The notes: generated from the sequence alone by a model not told the origin. A DNA stretch of 64,000 nucleotides from Saprospiraceae bacterium (GCA_040006775.1 JBDTWI010000008.1:1262-65261); one strand, 5' to 3'. Counted from the stretch's first letter, positions 11,024 to 21,400 are shown. Translations and numbers: made by a program.

Positions 11024-11186
11024 TCTTAATTTACTCATTATCTCTTAGAAGTTTTTCTTAAGCAGAACATAGAAAATAAAATATCATTAATCGTAAAATA
11101 ATTATCAAACTAATTAAGCTAGTGCTTTTTTAATATAAATATTTTAAAGTTAACAAAGTTGAATTTAAAATATCTAATTTACAAAG

Positions 11187-12362
11187 TCACTTTGGAAATA
11201 AATTAGAGTTAAATTTGAATAAATTTATCTCTTGTAATTTATTATGAATTGAAGTTGAATTTTTCTCATTAAAGAGTTCAGTATTAATATAATTTGAGAA
11301 TACTTCTCCTTGTAAATATTTTAATATTTCTAAATATTTTATTTCATCCTGTTTATTATTATCAATAATATTTTTGAGCACGAAAAGAATTAATTGTTCA
11401 CTATTAAAACATTTTTTCATTTCTTCACAGACCGTATAAAAAATATATTTTTTATCCTGATAAAATTTATCAGTAAGTTTCATTTTAATGAAATAATAAA
11501 TATAATCGTAAATAAATTTATCATCTTTAGTATTGCCTATTAATTCTAGCATAGTAGTGTAGTAATTACATTCAAACCATTTTTGCATATTTGCTCTAAA
11601 ATAACTTAAATCAGATGCATTATTTCGATTAGTTAAATAAGTTGTTGCATTGCTGAATTTCCACAAATCAAAATCAACAAATTGCCCTTGTTTTGCTCTT
11701 AACATATCAAAATCTTTTATCCAGTTAAATAATTCTATTTCTATGTTTTGAATCAATTCAAGCTTGTAGTATGCAACACCGTTATCAAACGGCCAATGAT
11801 TAGTTTTGAGTAAAAAATAATTCACTGCGTTAAGATCGTGTGGCCTTAAAGAATAAATAGTAGTATCAATTTTATGATCATTAAAATAGTTATAGTCAAA
11901 TTTTAATATATTGTAGTAATACGAAAATAAATCTATCTTATTTTTTTTTAGTTGTTGAATATACTTTATATGATTTATATTTCTCAGAGCTATTAATATT
12001 TCAAATGTCTTTTCACCTGGTAAACATAAATTTAAATTTTTATAATAAAATTTACCCCAACTATTGAGAAAAAAGAAGGAGTAGTTGGCATATAAATTAT
12101 GTATTTCTTCAAAACTAATAAATTCACATGAGTCATACAATTCCCTTATTAGATAATCTATAGAATCTTCTTGATTGAAGTAAAAGACTTTTTCATAGTC
12201 TACAGGAATTACCATTTCATTACAAATGGTAATTGAATCAATCGTTGTTGCTCTATTGAAACTATTGTTAAATACTTTATCTATCCTTTGAATTATATTT
12301 CCTGTACAATTTAATTGATAATAAAGAATAAAAAAAGTAGTCATTATAGATCGAATTATCAT
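11187..12362 (-). CDS. orphan hypothetical protein (very A+T-rich, rich in N/Y/F/K/I)
   Basis: 391-aa uninterrupted ORF in an A+T-rich stretch where random ORFs of this length are unlikely. No motif recognised. Confidence 0.55.
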   Translation of the reverse strand: MIIRSIMTTFFILYYQLNCTGNIIQRIDKVFNNSFNRATTIDSITICNEMVIPVDYEKVFYFNQEDSIDYLIRELYDSCEFISFEEIHNLYANYSFFFLNSWGKFYYKNLNLCLPGEKTFEILIALRNINHIKYIQQLKKNKIDLFSYYYNILKFDYNYFNDHKIDTTIYSLRPHDLNAVNYFLLKTNHWPFDNGVAYYKLELIQNIEIELFNWIKDFDMLRAKQGQFVDFDLWKFSNATTYLTNRNNASDLSYFRANMQKWFECNYYTTMLELIGNTKDDKFIYDYIYYFIKMKLTDKFYQDKKYIFYTVCEEMKKCFNSEQLILFVLKNIIDNNKQDEIKYLEILKYLQGEVFSNYINTELFNEKNSTSIHNKLQEINLFKFNSNLFPK

Positions 12363-12796
12363 GATATGAAATTTATTACTACTGTTTTCCTTGTATTAAT
12401 ATTCTGTTTTCTTTAGGTTTCAATTGTGGGTCAAAAGACCAATCAAAGCGATTAATATCCCGATATATAATAATCTTCTTTCAACAACTTAATTCTTCGT
12501 ATACTGTTCCTGCGATGACCACTACAGACCTTAGCAAATTAACCCCCTAAATTGTCGATGAAGATTATCTATATTCTGTGGAGAAGAAGTCATATAACAA
12601 ATGTAATACTTTAATTTAATTATGTCATTAAAACAGATTCATTATAATCTTTGTTTTGGCGTAAAAGATCTTTCAAACATTCATCGCGGTTGATATTTTT
12701 TAATTCTGCAGATGAATCAGAAGGTTTAAATAATTACAGCTCTTTGGGATTAGGATGATTACATACTTAGAATCTAAAATAAATTTCAAGTATAAA

Positions 12797-12888
12797 AAAT
12801 AAAGCCGACTCCCATAGCTTTGGAATCGGCTTTTTGCGAAAAATATCTAAATCAGTACATTTAATTTGTTCGTCTGGAATTAATTTCC
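12797..12888 (+). repeat. about 91-nt direct repeat, copy 1 (contains a terminator-like hairpin)
   Basis: AAAGCCGACTCCCATAGCTTTGGAATCGGCTTTTTGCGAAAAATATCTAAATCAGTACATTTAATTTGTTCGTCTGGAATTAATTTCC. It matches 18369-18459 with about 7 substitutions and 1 indel by eye. Confidence 0.85.
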
Positions 12889-12932
12889 TTAATTTCGACT
12901 AAAAAATATTTCCAATCGGTATTCAAAATTAT

Positions 12933-12940
12933 TATATTTG
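12933..12940 (+). promoter_or_regulatory. TAnnTTTG -7 box upstream of BNR paralogue A
   Basis: TATATTTG lies 25 nt upstream of the ATG at 12965. This argues against the TTG start at 12944 used in the ORF track. Confidence 0.35.
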
Positions 12941-12964
12941 TAATTGGAACGAAAAATACCATAT

Positions 12965-15247
12965 ATGCGCAATCCAATAATACTAATCTTGTTGTTTATC
13001 CTACCTTCGATAATAAGTTCACAGAACCAATGGAAATCGACCTTAACAGAACCTTATTTTGAAGTTGATGATATAGCTATACTTAAGGATAACAGCTATT
13101 ATTTGAGCCTTAGGAAAACACATGAAATATTTGTATCAAGAGATAGTGGAGCCAGTTGGAAAGTCCTTGCACCATTTGAGGATAAATTTACTAATATTGC
13201 TTCGAAAAGCCTTGATATAGTTAACGATGAATTGTTAATAACTCATTATACCCGTAAGAATAAAACTATACTGTATAAACCAGGAAGTTATGAAAATCTG
13301 ATAAAACAAAAATCTGGTATTTCTCTGAATCAAAATTATACCAGAATCGATAAGGAGGGTAATTTATTCTCAGTTGAGGGGGATCATATTTATCCTATTA
13401 ATTCAGACTTCAAAGTAGATAGAAAAAATCCAATATTAGTTGCCTCTTATATACAAGAGTCCTTTCTGTACACCACAGAGAATAACTATGTCGTACTCCG
13501 TAATTTTTCTACTAAAGATACCTTCAGAATATTGAAATTTAATTCTAAAACTGGAGAATACAAATTGCATTCTATGTTTTTTGATGACATTCGACCTGAG
13601 GATATTGTTATATCAGAGAATGGATCAATAGTGTATCGTATAGGAACAAATCGTGTTCTTTATGCACAATTTAAGGACCCATTTTCTTATAGGCAAGCAT
13701 CAATTGATAGCACTGGTGAAATTGAATATATTTATTCTCTTCAATTATCAGCTAATGGTGAAATTTTTATATTAAGCAATTCGGGAATTTATATGACCAA
13801 TGGAATTCATCTAGATCAATGGGTCAAATGTTATAAGATGAGTAAGGACTTATCTTTTCCTGATGACAATGACTTTAACAATTATTTTTATTTCAAAGAT
13901 TCTCTATCAGCAATTATTTCATATGGAACTATATGTGGTGCATCGAGAGTGTTTTGTTTTTCTCCAAAATTTAATCAGTGGAAAGATGTTGAATTGGATA
14001 TACATCTTGAAAATATCATCGATCTAAAGGCTGACAAGGAGGGAAGGCTCTATGGATTTCGACCATGTGATTCTTGGTTAAAGACAAGGTATGTTATAAG
14101 TGAAGATCAAGGCAAGACTTGGAGATATTTGAAGCTCTATGGCTATGATGTAAATGGGCTTGCTATAAACAAAGAAGGCAACGCAGTTGCAATTATACTG
14201 AATAAAGAAGTATTCATTCACAATCCTTCTACTAATAGCTGGGATAATATCCTTACGAGCAGTGTTATAAAACCCAATGTTATGGTTTATCACTGTTATG
14301 CTCTCGGAAAAGATCTGATTCTGGAAGGAATAGTTTCTAGTTTTTCTCCACAAAAGCAAATTTACTATTATTCTGAAGACGCCGGTAAAAGCTGGCAAAT
14401 TACTAGTGCTCCAGTAAAATTGATAGATGGCATTTTTCCAAGCATGGAAACACTGGTAGACCAGGAAGGAAATTGGTTGATTTATAATTCAATATTTAAT
14501 CATGGTGAATCTTTTGACGTAATGATTTCATCTGATAAAGGAAAGACATGGAATCTAGATCCAAGGTTTAATCAGTTTAGAGAGATTAATGAAGTCCTTA
14601 AGTTAAATGATGGTCGTTTTCTGGTCTCTGCAAAAGGCAATCCATTAATGTACAATGAAGACTTCAAACTTTTCATACTTGATGACAAAATAAATGGAAC
14701 TCAATTATTATTTCAAGATTTGTATAAATCAACATACTCTCTTAAAATCTATTTAAATGGTTCAGTGATAGGATACAATGATATATTAGATGGATTAGAC
14801 CAAAATCTGCTCTTAGTATCTGAGAAAGATAGTTCATTTCAATATACTAAAAGTTATTCAGGACTTGGACACAGTCCAGATGATTCATGGCTTATCAAAT
14901 CAGCAGTAGTAGGTAAAGACAATCAGATTTTTCTGAGTCTAGCGATGGATGGAATTTATACAAATACTACAGATTTATCCATTAATGTTAAGAATCCAAA
15001 ATCAGACAAAGGCTTGACATTGAATTCTAATTTCTCTAATGATTTAATCATACTCAAGGATGAAGATAGAAACTTAAATAAGTATACAGAATATTCCATA
15101 TTCAACAACTTGGGATGTGTTCTTTCAAAAGGAAAGTTACCATTTGGTGGAATCATTTCTATAAGCAATCTAAGTATTGGAGTTTATCATTTAGTTGTAT
15201 TAGATAAAAATCAAAATTCCAAATATTTTAAATTTGTAAAGTATTAG
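12965..15247 (+). CDS. BNR/Asp-box repeat beta-propeller protein with T9SS C-terminal sorting domain (paralogue A)
   Basis: Signal peptide MRNPIILILLFILPSIISSQ. Four Asp-boxes (SRDSGASW, SEDQGKTW, SEDAGKSW, SSDKGKTW). The C-terminal roughly 80 aa (..GVYHLVVLDKNQNSKYFKFVKY) resembles a T9SS CTD. Start moved to the ATG that parallels paralogue B. Confidence 0.8.
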   Translation: MRNPIILILLFILPSIISSQNQWKSTLTEPYFEVDDIAILKDNSYYLSLRKTHEIFVSRDSGASWKVLAPFEDKFTNIASKSLDIVNDELLITHYTRKNKTILYKPGSYENLIKQKSGISLNQNYTRIDKEGNLFSVEGDHIYPINSDFKVDRKNPILVASYIQESFLYTTENNYVVLRNFSTKDTFRILKFNSKTGEYKLHSMFFDDIRPEDIVISENGSIVYRIGTNRVLYAQFKDPFSYRQASIDSTGEIEYIYSLQLSANGEIFILSNSGIYMTNGIHLDQWVKCYKMSKDLSFPDDNDFNNYFYFKDSLSAIISYGTICGASRVFCFSPKFNQWKDVELDIHLENIIDLKADKEGRLYGFRPCDSWLKTRYVISEDQGKTWRYLKLYGYDVNGLAINKEGNAVAIILNKEVFIHNPSTNSWDNILTSSVIKPNVMVYHCYALGKDLILEGIVSSFSPQKQIYYYSEDAGKSWQITSAPVKLIDGIFPSMETLVDQEGNWLIYNSIFNHGESFDVMISSDKGKTWNLDPRFNQFREINEVLKLNDGRFLVSAKGNPLMYNEDFKLFILDDKINGTQLLFQDLYKSTYSLKIYLNGSVIGYNDILDGLDQNLLLVSEKDSSFQYTKSYSGLGHSPDDSWLIKSAVVGKDNQIFLSLAMDGIYTNTTDLSINVKNPKSDKGLTLNSNFSNDLIILKDEDRNLNKYTEYSIFNNLGCVLSKGKLPFGGIISISNLSIGVYHLVVLDKNQNSKYFKFVKY

Positions 15248-15308
15248 AATCTGATTTTCAGTTTAAAAATAAAATATGTTTTTATATTATTTATAATTAT
15301 ACATTATT

Positions 15309-15974
15309 ATGAATCAACCAACCAACCAAATTTTTAAAAGACAAGTAAGCCTATCAAAAGGAGATTTCATTCATTTTTCAATTGTTCCATTTATTTTTCT
15401 TGTTTTAGGATTAAATAATTTTATTAAGAAAGATTATAAACCTGAAAGCAAATTAAAATTTGAAAATAGTCAACCATATTTTTATCCGAATGTGGCATGT
15501 ACGCGCCATGATGTAGATCCTTGCGCTTATATTAGTAATGGAGCATTTGCGTACGCATTGGTGGCAGAATTAAACTCTGTGGTCATGGGATGTCCACCAC
15601 CAACGCAATGCTCACCCCAATGCTGCATAAGCTATTTTAATACAAATTTATTAACTTCTTACCTTATCAATAGTCAGTATATTAATCCATGGATCTATTG
15701 TGACTCTAGGGAGGATTGTTATCCTTATGATTGTGGTAGCTTTGGAACCATGTGTAATTACGCAGACGTTGCACTTCAGGATTTAATGTTGATTTCTGCA
15801 AGATCCTCTGCTTTAGCCAATAGACCGTATTGTGGAAATCAGCTCGCACTTATTAAAGATATTTATTTCTACATTATCGACTTTGGAGAAGAATGCACCT
15901 ATATTGGTGATTGTTATAATTTAGAGATATATATTCATGTAGACTATTATTCTTGTACCTGTAACGATCATTAA
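15309..15974 (+). CDS. Cys-rich membrane-anchored/secreted hypothetical protein
   Basis: 221 aa. One N-terminal hydrophobic helix (FIHFSIVPFIFLVLGLNNFI), then about 160 residues containing 15 Cys. The stop is only 5 nt before the start of paralogue B. Confidence 0.7.
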   Translation: MNQPTNQIFKRQVSLSKGDFIHFSIVPFIFLVLGLNNFIKKDYKPESKLKFENSQPYFYPNVACTRHDVDPCAYISNGAFAYALVAELNSVVMGCPPPTQCSPQCCISYFNTNLLTSYLINSQYINPWIYCDSREDCYPYDCGSFGTMCNYADVALQDLMLISARSSALANRPYCGNQLALIKDIYFYIIDFGEECTYIGDCYNLEIYIHVDYYSCTCNDH

Positions 15975-15979
15975 TAGAT

Positions 15980-18256
15980 ATGCGTAATCCATTTACTTTT
16001 GTCTTCTTTCTAATGTTGCTTTCGACTATTACATCACAGAACCAATGGAAGTCAACCTTAACAGAACCTTACTTTGAAGTTGATGATATAGCAATACTTA
16101 AGGATAATAGCTATTATTTGAGCCTTAGGAAAACACATGAAATATTTGAATCTAGGGATAGTGGAGTAAGTTGGAAAGCTTTGGGGCCATTTGAAACTAA
16201 GTATTCAAATTATTCTTTGAAAAGTCTAGAACTTGTTAATGACGAATTGGTGGTAATTAATTATCCAAATTCCCGTGGAACTGAACTCTATAATTTAGGA
16301 AATGAAAGTAAGTTGATAAAACAAAAAGCTGGAGTCTTTCTGGTACCAAAATTCACGAAGATTGATAAAGAAGGTAACTTATTTTATGTTGAGGGTGATA
16401 ATATTTTTCCAATTAATTTAAATTTAGAATTAGAAAGATTTAATAAAATTATATCAACGTCTTACTTATTGCAGACCTTTATGTACAACACAGAGAATAA
16501 TTATATTGTAGCTCGTAATTTTTCTTCAAAGGATACATTTAGAATAGTGAAATTTAATTCAAAAACGGGGGAATTCAAATTGCATTCTATGTTTTTTGAC
16601 GATATCCGACCTGAGGATATTGTTGTGTCAGAGAATGGATCAGTTGTGTATCGAGCATCTTCGAATCGTATCTTATGTGCTAGATTTGATAATCCTTTTT
16701 CTTATAAAGAGGAATACTTAGAAAGTAATGGAGAACCAAAATATATCAATTCAATTCAATTAACAGCTTCTGGAGAGGTATTTATTTTGACTAACTCGGG
16801 AATATTTATGACAGATGGAATTCAAATAAATAAATGGTTCAAATGCTTTCAAATGAGCCAAAACCTCCCCTTGTCAGATGAAAATGACGTTAGCTATCAT
16901 TATTGCTTCAAAGACTCCTTATCTGCAATTATCTCCTATGAAACTATATGTGGCGCATCAAGAGTGTATTCTTTTTCCCCCAAATTTAAACAATGGAAAG
17001 AGGTTGAATTAGATATACATCTTGAAAATATAATTGACCTAAAGGCTGATAAGGAGGGTAGACTCTATGGATTCCGACCGTGTGATACATGGCAAAAGAC
17101 AAGGTATGTTATAAGCGAAAACCAAGGTAAAACTTGGAGATATCTGAAACTCTTCGGCTATGAGGTGAATGGGCTTGCTATAAACAATGAAGGCAATGCC
17201 GTTGCAATTATACTTAATAAGGAAGTATTCATTCACAATCCTTCTACGAATACTTGGGATAATATCCTTACAAGCAGTGTAATAAAACCAAACGTCAAAG
17301 TTTATCACTGTTATGCTATCGGAAAAGATCTGATACTGGAAGGAATAATAGAAGGTGTTTCTCCACAGAATATAAACTTTTATTCTGAAGATGATGGCAA
17401 AAGCTGGCAAACTACTACAACACCTGCAAAGCGCATTGATCAAACTTTCCCAAGTATGGAAACGTTGGTTGATCAGCAAGGAAATTGGTTGATTTATAAT
17501 TCAAAGTTTAATTATGGTGAACCTTTTGAGGTGATGATTTCATCTGATAAAGGCAAAACTTGGAAGACCGATCCAAGATTTAGTCAATTGAGAGATATTA
17601 ATGAAGTGATCAAGCTAAATGATGGGCGGTTTCTTGTCTCAGCTCGAGGCAATCCACTGAAATATAATAATGAGTACAAAGTTTTTATTCTTAATAATGC
17701 AGCTGAACTAGATGTAATAAGCCCTGATTTTGATAAAAAATCTTACTCTATGAAATCTCTTTCATCTGGTTCAATTATTGGATACTCAGAATTAACATCT
17801 GGACTAGACCAACCTTTAATTTTATTCACAATGAACGATAGTTCATTCCAATATACTTACAGTTACACTGGGCTCGGTCACAGTCCAGATGATTCATGGT
17901 TGATTAAATCAGCAGTAGTAGGTAAAGACAATCAGATTTTTTTAAGTCTAGCAATGGATGGAATTTATACAAATACAACAGATTTATCTATTAATGTTAA
18001 GAATCCAAAATTAGACAAAGGCTTGAAATTGAATTATAACTTCTCCAATGATTTAATCATACTCAAGGATGAAGATGGAAACTTAAATAAGTATGCAGAA
18101 TATTCTATATTCAACAACTTGGGATGCATACTTTCAAAAGGAAAGTTACCATTTGGTGGGATCATTTCATTAAGCAATCTAAGTGTTGGAGTTTACCATT
18201 TAGTTGTATTTGATAAAAATCAAAATTCCAAATACTTTAAATTTGTAAAGTATTAG
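15980..18256 (+). CDS. BNR/Asp-box repeat beta-propeller protein with T9SS C-terminal sorting domain (paralogue B)
   Basis: 758 aa, collinear with paralogue A. Asp-boxes SRDSGVSW, SENQGKTW, SEDDGKSW and SSDKGKTW. The C-terminal tail is near-identical to A. Confidence 0.85.
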   Translation: MRNPFTFVFFLMLLSTITSQNQWKSTLTEPYFEVDDIAILKDNSYYLSLRKTHEIFESRDSGVSWKALGPFETKYSNYSLKSLELVNDELVVINYPNSRGTELYNLGNESKLIKQKAGVFLVPKFTKIDKEGNLFYVEGDNIFPINLNLELERFNKIISTSYLLQTFMYNTENNYIVARNFSSKDTFRIVKFNSKTGEFKLHSMFFDDIRPEDIVVSENGSVVYRASSNRILCARFDNPFSYKEEYLESNGEPKYINSIQLTASGEVFILTNSGIFMTDGIQINKWFKCFQMSQNLPLSDENDVSYHYCFKDSLSAIISYETICGASRVYSFSPKFKQWKEVELDIHLENIIDLKADKEGRLYGFRPCDTWQKTRYVISENQGKTWRYLKLFGYEVNGLAINNEGNAVAIILNKEVFIHNPSTNTWDNILTSSVIKPNVKVYHCYAIGKDLILEGIIEGVSPQNINFYSEDDGKSWQTTTTPAKRIDQTFPSMETLVDQQGNWLIYNSKFNYGEPFEVMISSDKGKTWKTDPRFSQLRDINEVIKLNDGRFLVSARGNPLKYNNEYKVFILNNAAELDVISPDFDKKSYSMKSLSSGSIIGYSELTSGLDQPLILFTMNDSSFQYTYSYTGLGHSPDDSWLIKSAVVGKDNQIFLSLAMDGIYTNTTDLSINVKNPKLDKGLKLNYNFSNDLIILKDEDGNLNKYAEYSIFNNLGCILSKGKLPFGGIISLSNLSVGVYHLVVFDKNQNSKYFKFVKY

Positions 18257-18260
18257 AATG

Positions 18261-18364
18261 GTTTTCTAAGCACTAATACCGCAATGATTTGCAACTTAGT
18301 CCAATGACCAAAATTGAATTTTTGATCAAATCATTACGAGCATAAAATATAATTCCAATCGGTA
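18261..18364 (+). repeat. dispersed intergenic repeat (family also present inverted at 29479-29632)
   Basis: The reverse complement begins TACCGATTGGAATT.. and shares CGTAATGATTTGAT, AAATTCAAT, TTGG.ACT.A..TG.AAATCATT and CTTAGA.AAC blocks, in the same order, with 29479-29632. Confidence 0.7.
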
Positions 18365-18368
18365 CATA

Positions 18369-18459
18369 AAATAAAGCCGATCCCCATACCTTTGGAATCG
18401 GCTTCTTGCAAAAAATATCTAAATCAGTACATTTAATTTGCTCTTCTGGAATTAATTCC
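18369..18459 (+). repeat. about 91-nt direct repeat, copy 2
   Basis: Aligned by eye with 12797-12888 in the same orientation. Confidence 0.85.
18374..18404. terminator. bidirectional rho-independent terminator between convergent BNR-B and HYR adhesin genes
   Basis: AAGCCGATCCC..GGAATCGGCTT stem with an A-rich 5' flank and T-rich 3' flank. It sits between the stop codons at 18256 (+) and 18468 (-). Confidence 0.65.
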
Positions 18460-18467
18460 AATCGAAG

Positions 18468-21400
18468 TTAATGCATTACACTTATCTTTTTAAGATTTCT
18501 AATACCATTGTTTGTTTCCGTAACAAATAAATAAATTCCATCTTTCCAGTCACTAATATCTAGTTGTGCAGATTCTGTAAAGTTCATTTGAAGAATTTGT
18601 TTTCCTTCATAATTATAAACATGTAGCGAATTTACTAGCTTAGTTGTTGACAAAATGGAGATATAATTATTTGCAGGATTAGGTAAGATCTCAATGGAAT
18701 TAATTTCTGAACTTCCGATTTCTTTATCCCTTTCTAATAAATCTGTATTGTTATAAGAACTTTCAGCTAACTCCTTTGGATTAATTGGTTTCGAAATTGA
18801 ATTTGTCTTATCCGGTCCTAAATTATTTTTACTGATGTTTATACAGTAATCTTCAACCTCACCATATCCAATTGAGCAACACGGATTCCCAGGATAAGAA
18901 CCATAGGACATCGATACTCTCATTCTTGTATTGATCATTGGACATTGACAATTCCATGGTAAAGTAATATTTCCACATAAGGTTGAACTGCCGTTTCCAT
19001 AAGCAACCAATTCATCCTGATCGTAGAAATCTCCGTCTCCATTATAATCTATCCACACTTTCCAATATACCGTATAAGCAATAGTGCTAAATCCCGGGGT
19101 CAAGCATAAGTTATAAGATTTACCCCATTTAAGTTCTCCACAAGGTGAAGGATAATAAACGTATCCATTACTTGGTCCGGTAGTATTATTTATGTTTGAT
19201 AAACTTACGTTTTTTATCCAGAGACTACCACAACTTTGAGCTTTTGAATCACAGTATTTATTTCCACTGCATTTTACTGTCACATTAAAACTGCAGGTAT
19301 CTTTATAGTTACCCTGGGTTGCTACATAACTAACCTTTGTAGTTCCACATTTAAATAGTGATCCTGAATAAGGTCCTTCGATCTGTTTAAGTGTATAGCA
19401 TGGAATTTCACAAATAAACTCTCTATACGTGTTGGTATACTGATCATTCCATGTACCATCAGGTAAGATCTCAACATAATCCTGATCTCCATTGGCATTA
19501 TTTGGTTGGCCTGGATACCAATTAATGAAATTCGTATTTGAATTATCTACCCATTCAAATAATCCTTCAACATTCGAATCATGCAAACCTATGTAAGCAG
19601 TCGCTCCCATTAATTTGCTCGCGATATAATTATTTTCAGCTTGACTATTTATTACAGCAAGATTTGCACCAATACTTTTACAATAGTTGTTTGCTTCATT
19701 CCAAGTTGCAGTGGTCAGTGAGCAGAAATACTGACTACCATTGTAAGTTCCCATGTATATAAAACCTTTCAATGAATCCTTACAATTTCCACAAGTTGTA
19801 ACCTTGGGTGTATACCAACTAACATAAGCCCCAGGAAGATTGGGATCAGTTCTTTCTACAACAATATCCGAAGGACATTCAAGACTCAAACCACTACCTA
19901 TAACATTAATTTTAAAGGAGTGTGTAATGTAATTTCCACATTCGTCTTTTGCAGTATAAACTACAACTGTAGTACCAGTTGGAAAGGTTTGACCCGGAGT
20001 ATAATTGCTTGTTATCTGTACAAAAGAACTACAATTGTCTATAGCAGTTGGTGGAGTCCAATAGACTATTTTTTCACAAGCTCCATATGCTTGTACAGTG
20101 ATATCCGGTGGACAATAACTCCATACCGGTGGAATTTTATCTAACAACTCAATCAATTGATTGCATACAACATATTTCTTTGGATCATTCGGATCAGCAG
20201 CTCTCCATATTCGGATAAATCTTTTTGCATTTGGACAATAAGAATAAACATTGAGTAAGGAGTCCCGATAGCTAATGATGGGAACAGGACATGTTGGATC
20301 TGAAGGATTACCTGTAGCTGTACCAGATACATTAGTTCCACAGTGTTCTGCAGGACAGCCCTTATAATCAGGAGGACAAATTATTTTTGGAATACCATTG
20401 CAACAAGTATTGATAACTGTGATTGTAAAGCTGTGTTGAATCGTATTGTTACATCCATCATTGGCGGTATAAATAATTGTAGTAACACCAACAGGGAATG
20501 CAGTACCCGGAGTATAATTTGAAATAAGATTAATAGTTTGACTGCAATTGTCAGTAAGTTGAGGGACCTGCCATTGGACAGTTGCTTTACAATCAAGCGT
20601 ATTTGTATTAACAGTTATGTTTGTAGGACAAGAAGTAAAGACCGGAGGTGAATCATCTTTTAATTCAACGTACTGTGTACAGCTTGAAAAAATTAATGGA
20701 TTATTCGGATCCGTAGCTTTCCATTTTCTAAAAATTAATTTTGAGCCAGGACAAGAGAAATTAATTACACTGTCTGAATAAGTCAGAATAGGAGTTCCAC
20801 AACCAATTTGAGATTTGGTTGCTATAGCTTGACCAGTAATGTTAGGATCCGTAGAGCTTCCAGGGCAAGATGAATAGTTAAGAGGACATTGTAGAATTGG
20901 AGGATTTGAACAGCAGGTACTCACAGTAATTTGAAAGGATGCGCTTGCGGTATTTCCGCAAACATCAGTTACAGTATAAACTACTATGGTAGTTCCTTCT
21001 GAGAATTGAGAACCTGGCTGGTGTGAAGAGACAAGAGTTGGTTTGCCACATTGATCATTTCCAATAGGAAGAACCCATTGTACAGTTGCCTTGCAATCCA
21101 AACCTGGACTAACTGTAATGTTTGAAGGGACATTGCTGATTGTAGGAGCTTGGGTATCTTTTAATTCAATTTCTTGTTTGCAACTTGCGTTCAATGTGGA
21201 ATCAAAAGGGTCAAATGCTTTCCATGTTCGAATTAAATGAATTGCTCCGAGACAAGGACCGGAAGAAATTATGGAATCAGTATATTTAACTATTGGACTC
21301 GAACAGAAAGGTCCTCCGGGCATAACAATTGGGTTGCCTGTTGTGGAAGGAACTAGACTATCTGTAGGGCAGCCGGAAAAATTAGATGGACAGGTTAGGA

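Noticed and set aside
12489-12545. Possible tyrosine-recombinase C-terminal remnant on the minus strand (..AKVCSGH / SSQEQYTKN read across a frameshift, reminiscent of LGHSS..TT..YT)
   Set aside because: It is only about 15 residues, needs a frameshift, and the resemblance is weak. That is not enough to call an integrase pseudogene.
12944-12964. Upstream alternative starts used in the ORF track: TTG at 12944 for BNR-A, TTG at 58596 for the 57580 gene, and ATG at 31967 for the 30387 gene
   Set aside because: In each case a downstream ATG begins a canonical signal peptide. For two of them a TAnnTTTG -7 box lies at or downstream of the longer start, so the shorter models are preferred.
18273-18461. 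62-aa minus-strand ORF between BNR-B and the HYR gene
   Set aside because: It is composed entirely of the two intergenic repeat families and runs through the bidirectional terminator hairpin.
19407-19766. C-type lectin domain as a diversity-generating retroelement target
   Set aside because: I noticed no reverse transcriptase gene and no second near-identical template-repeat copy of this segment in the window. The lectin domain is also internal rather than C-terminal.
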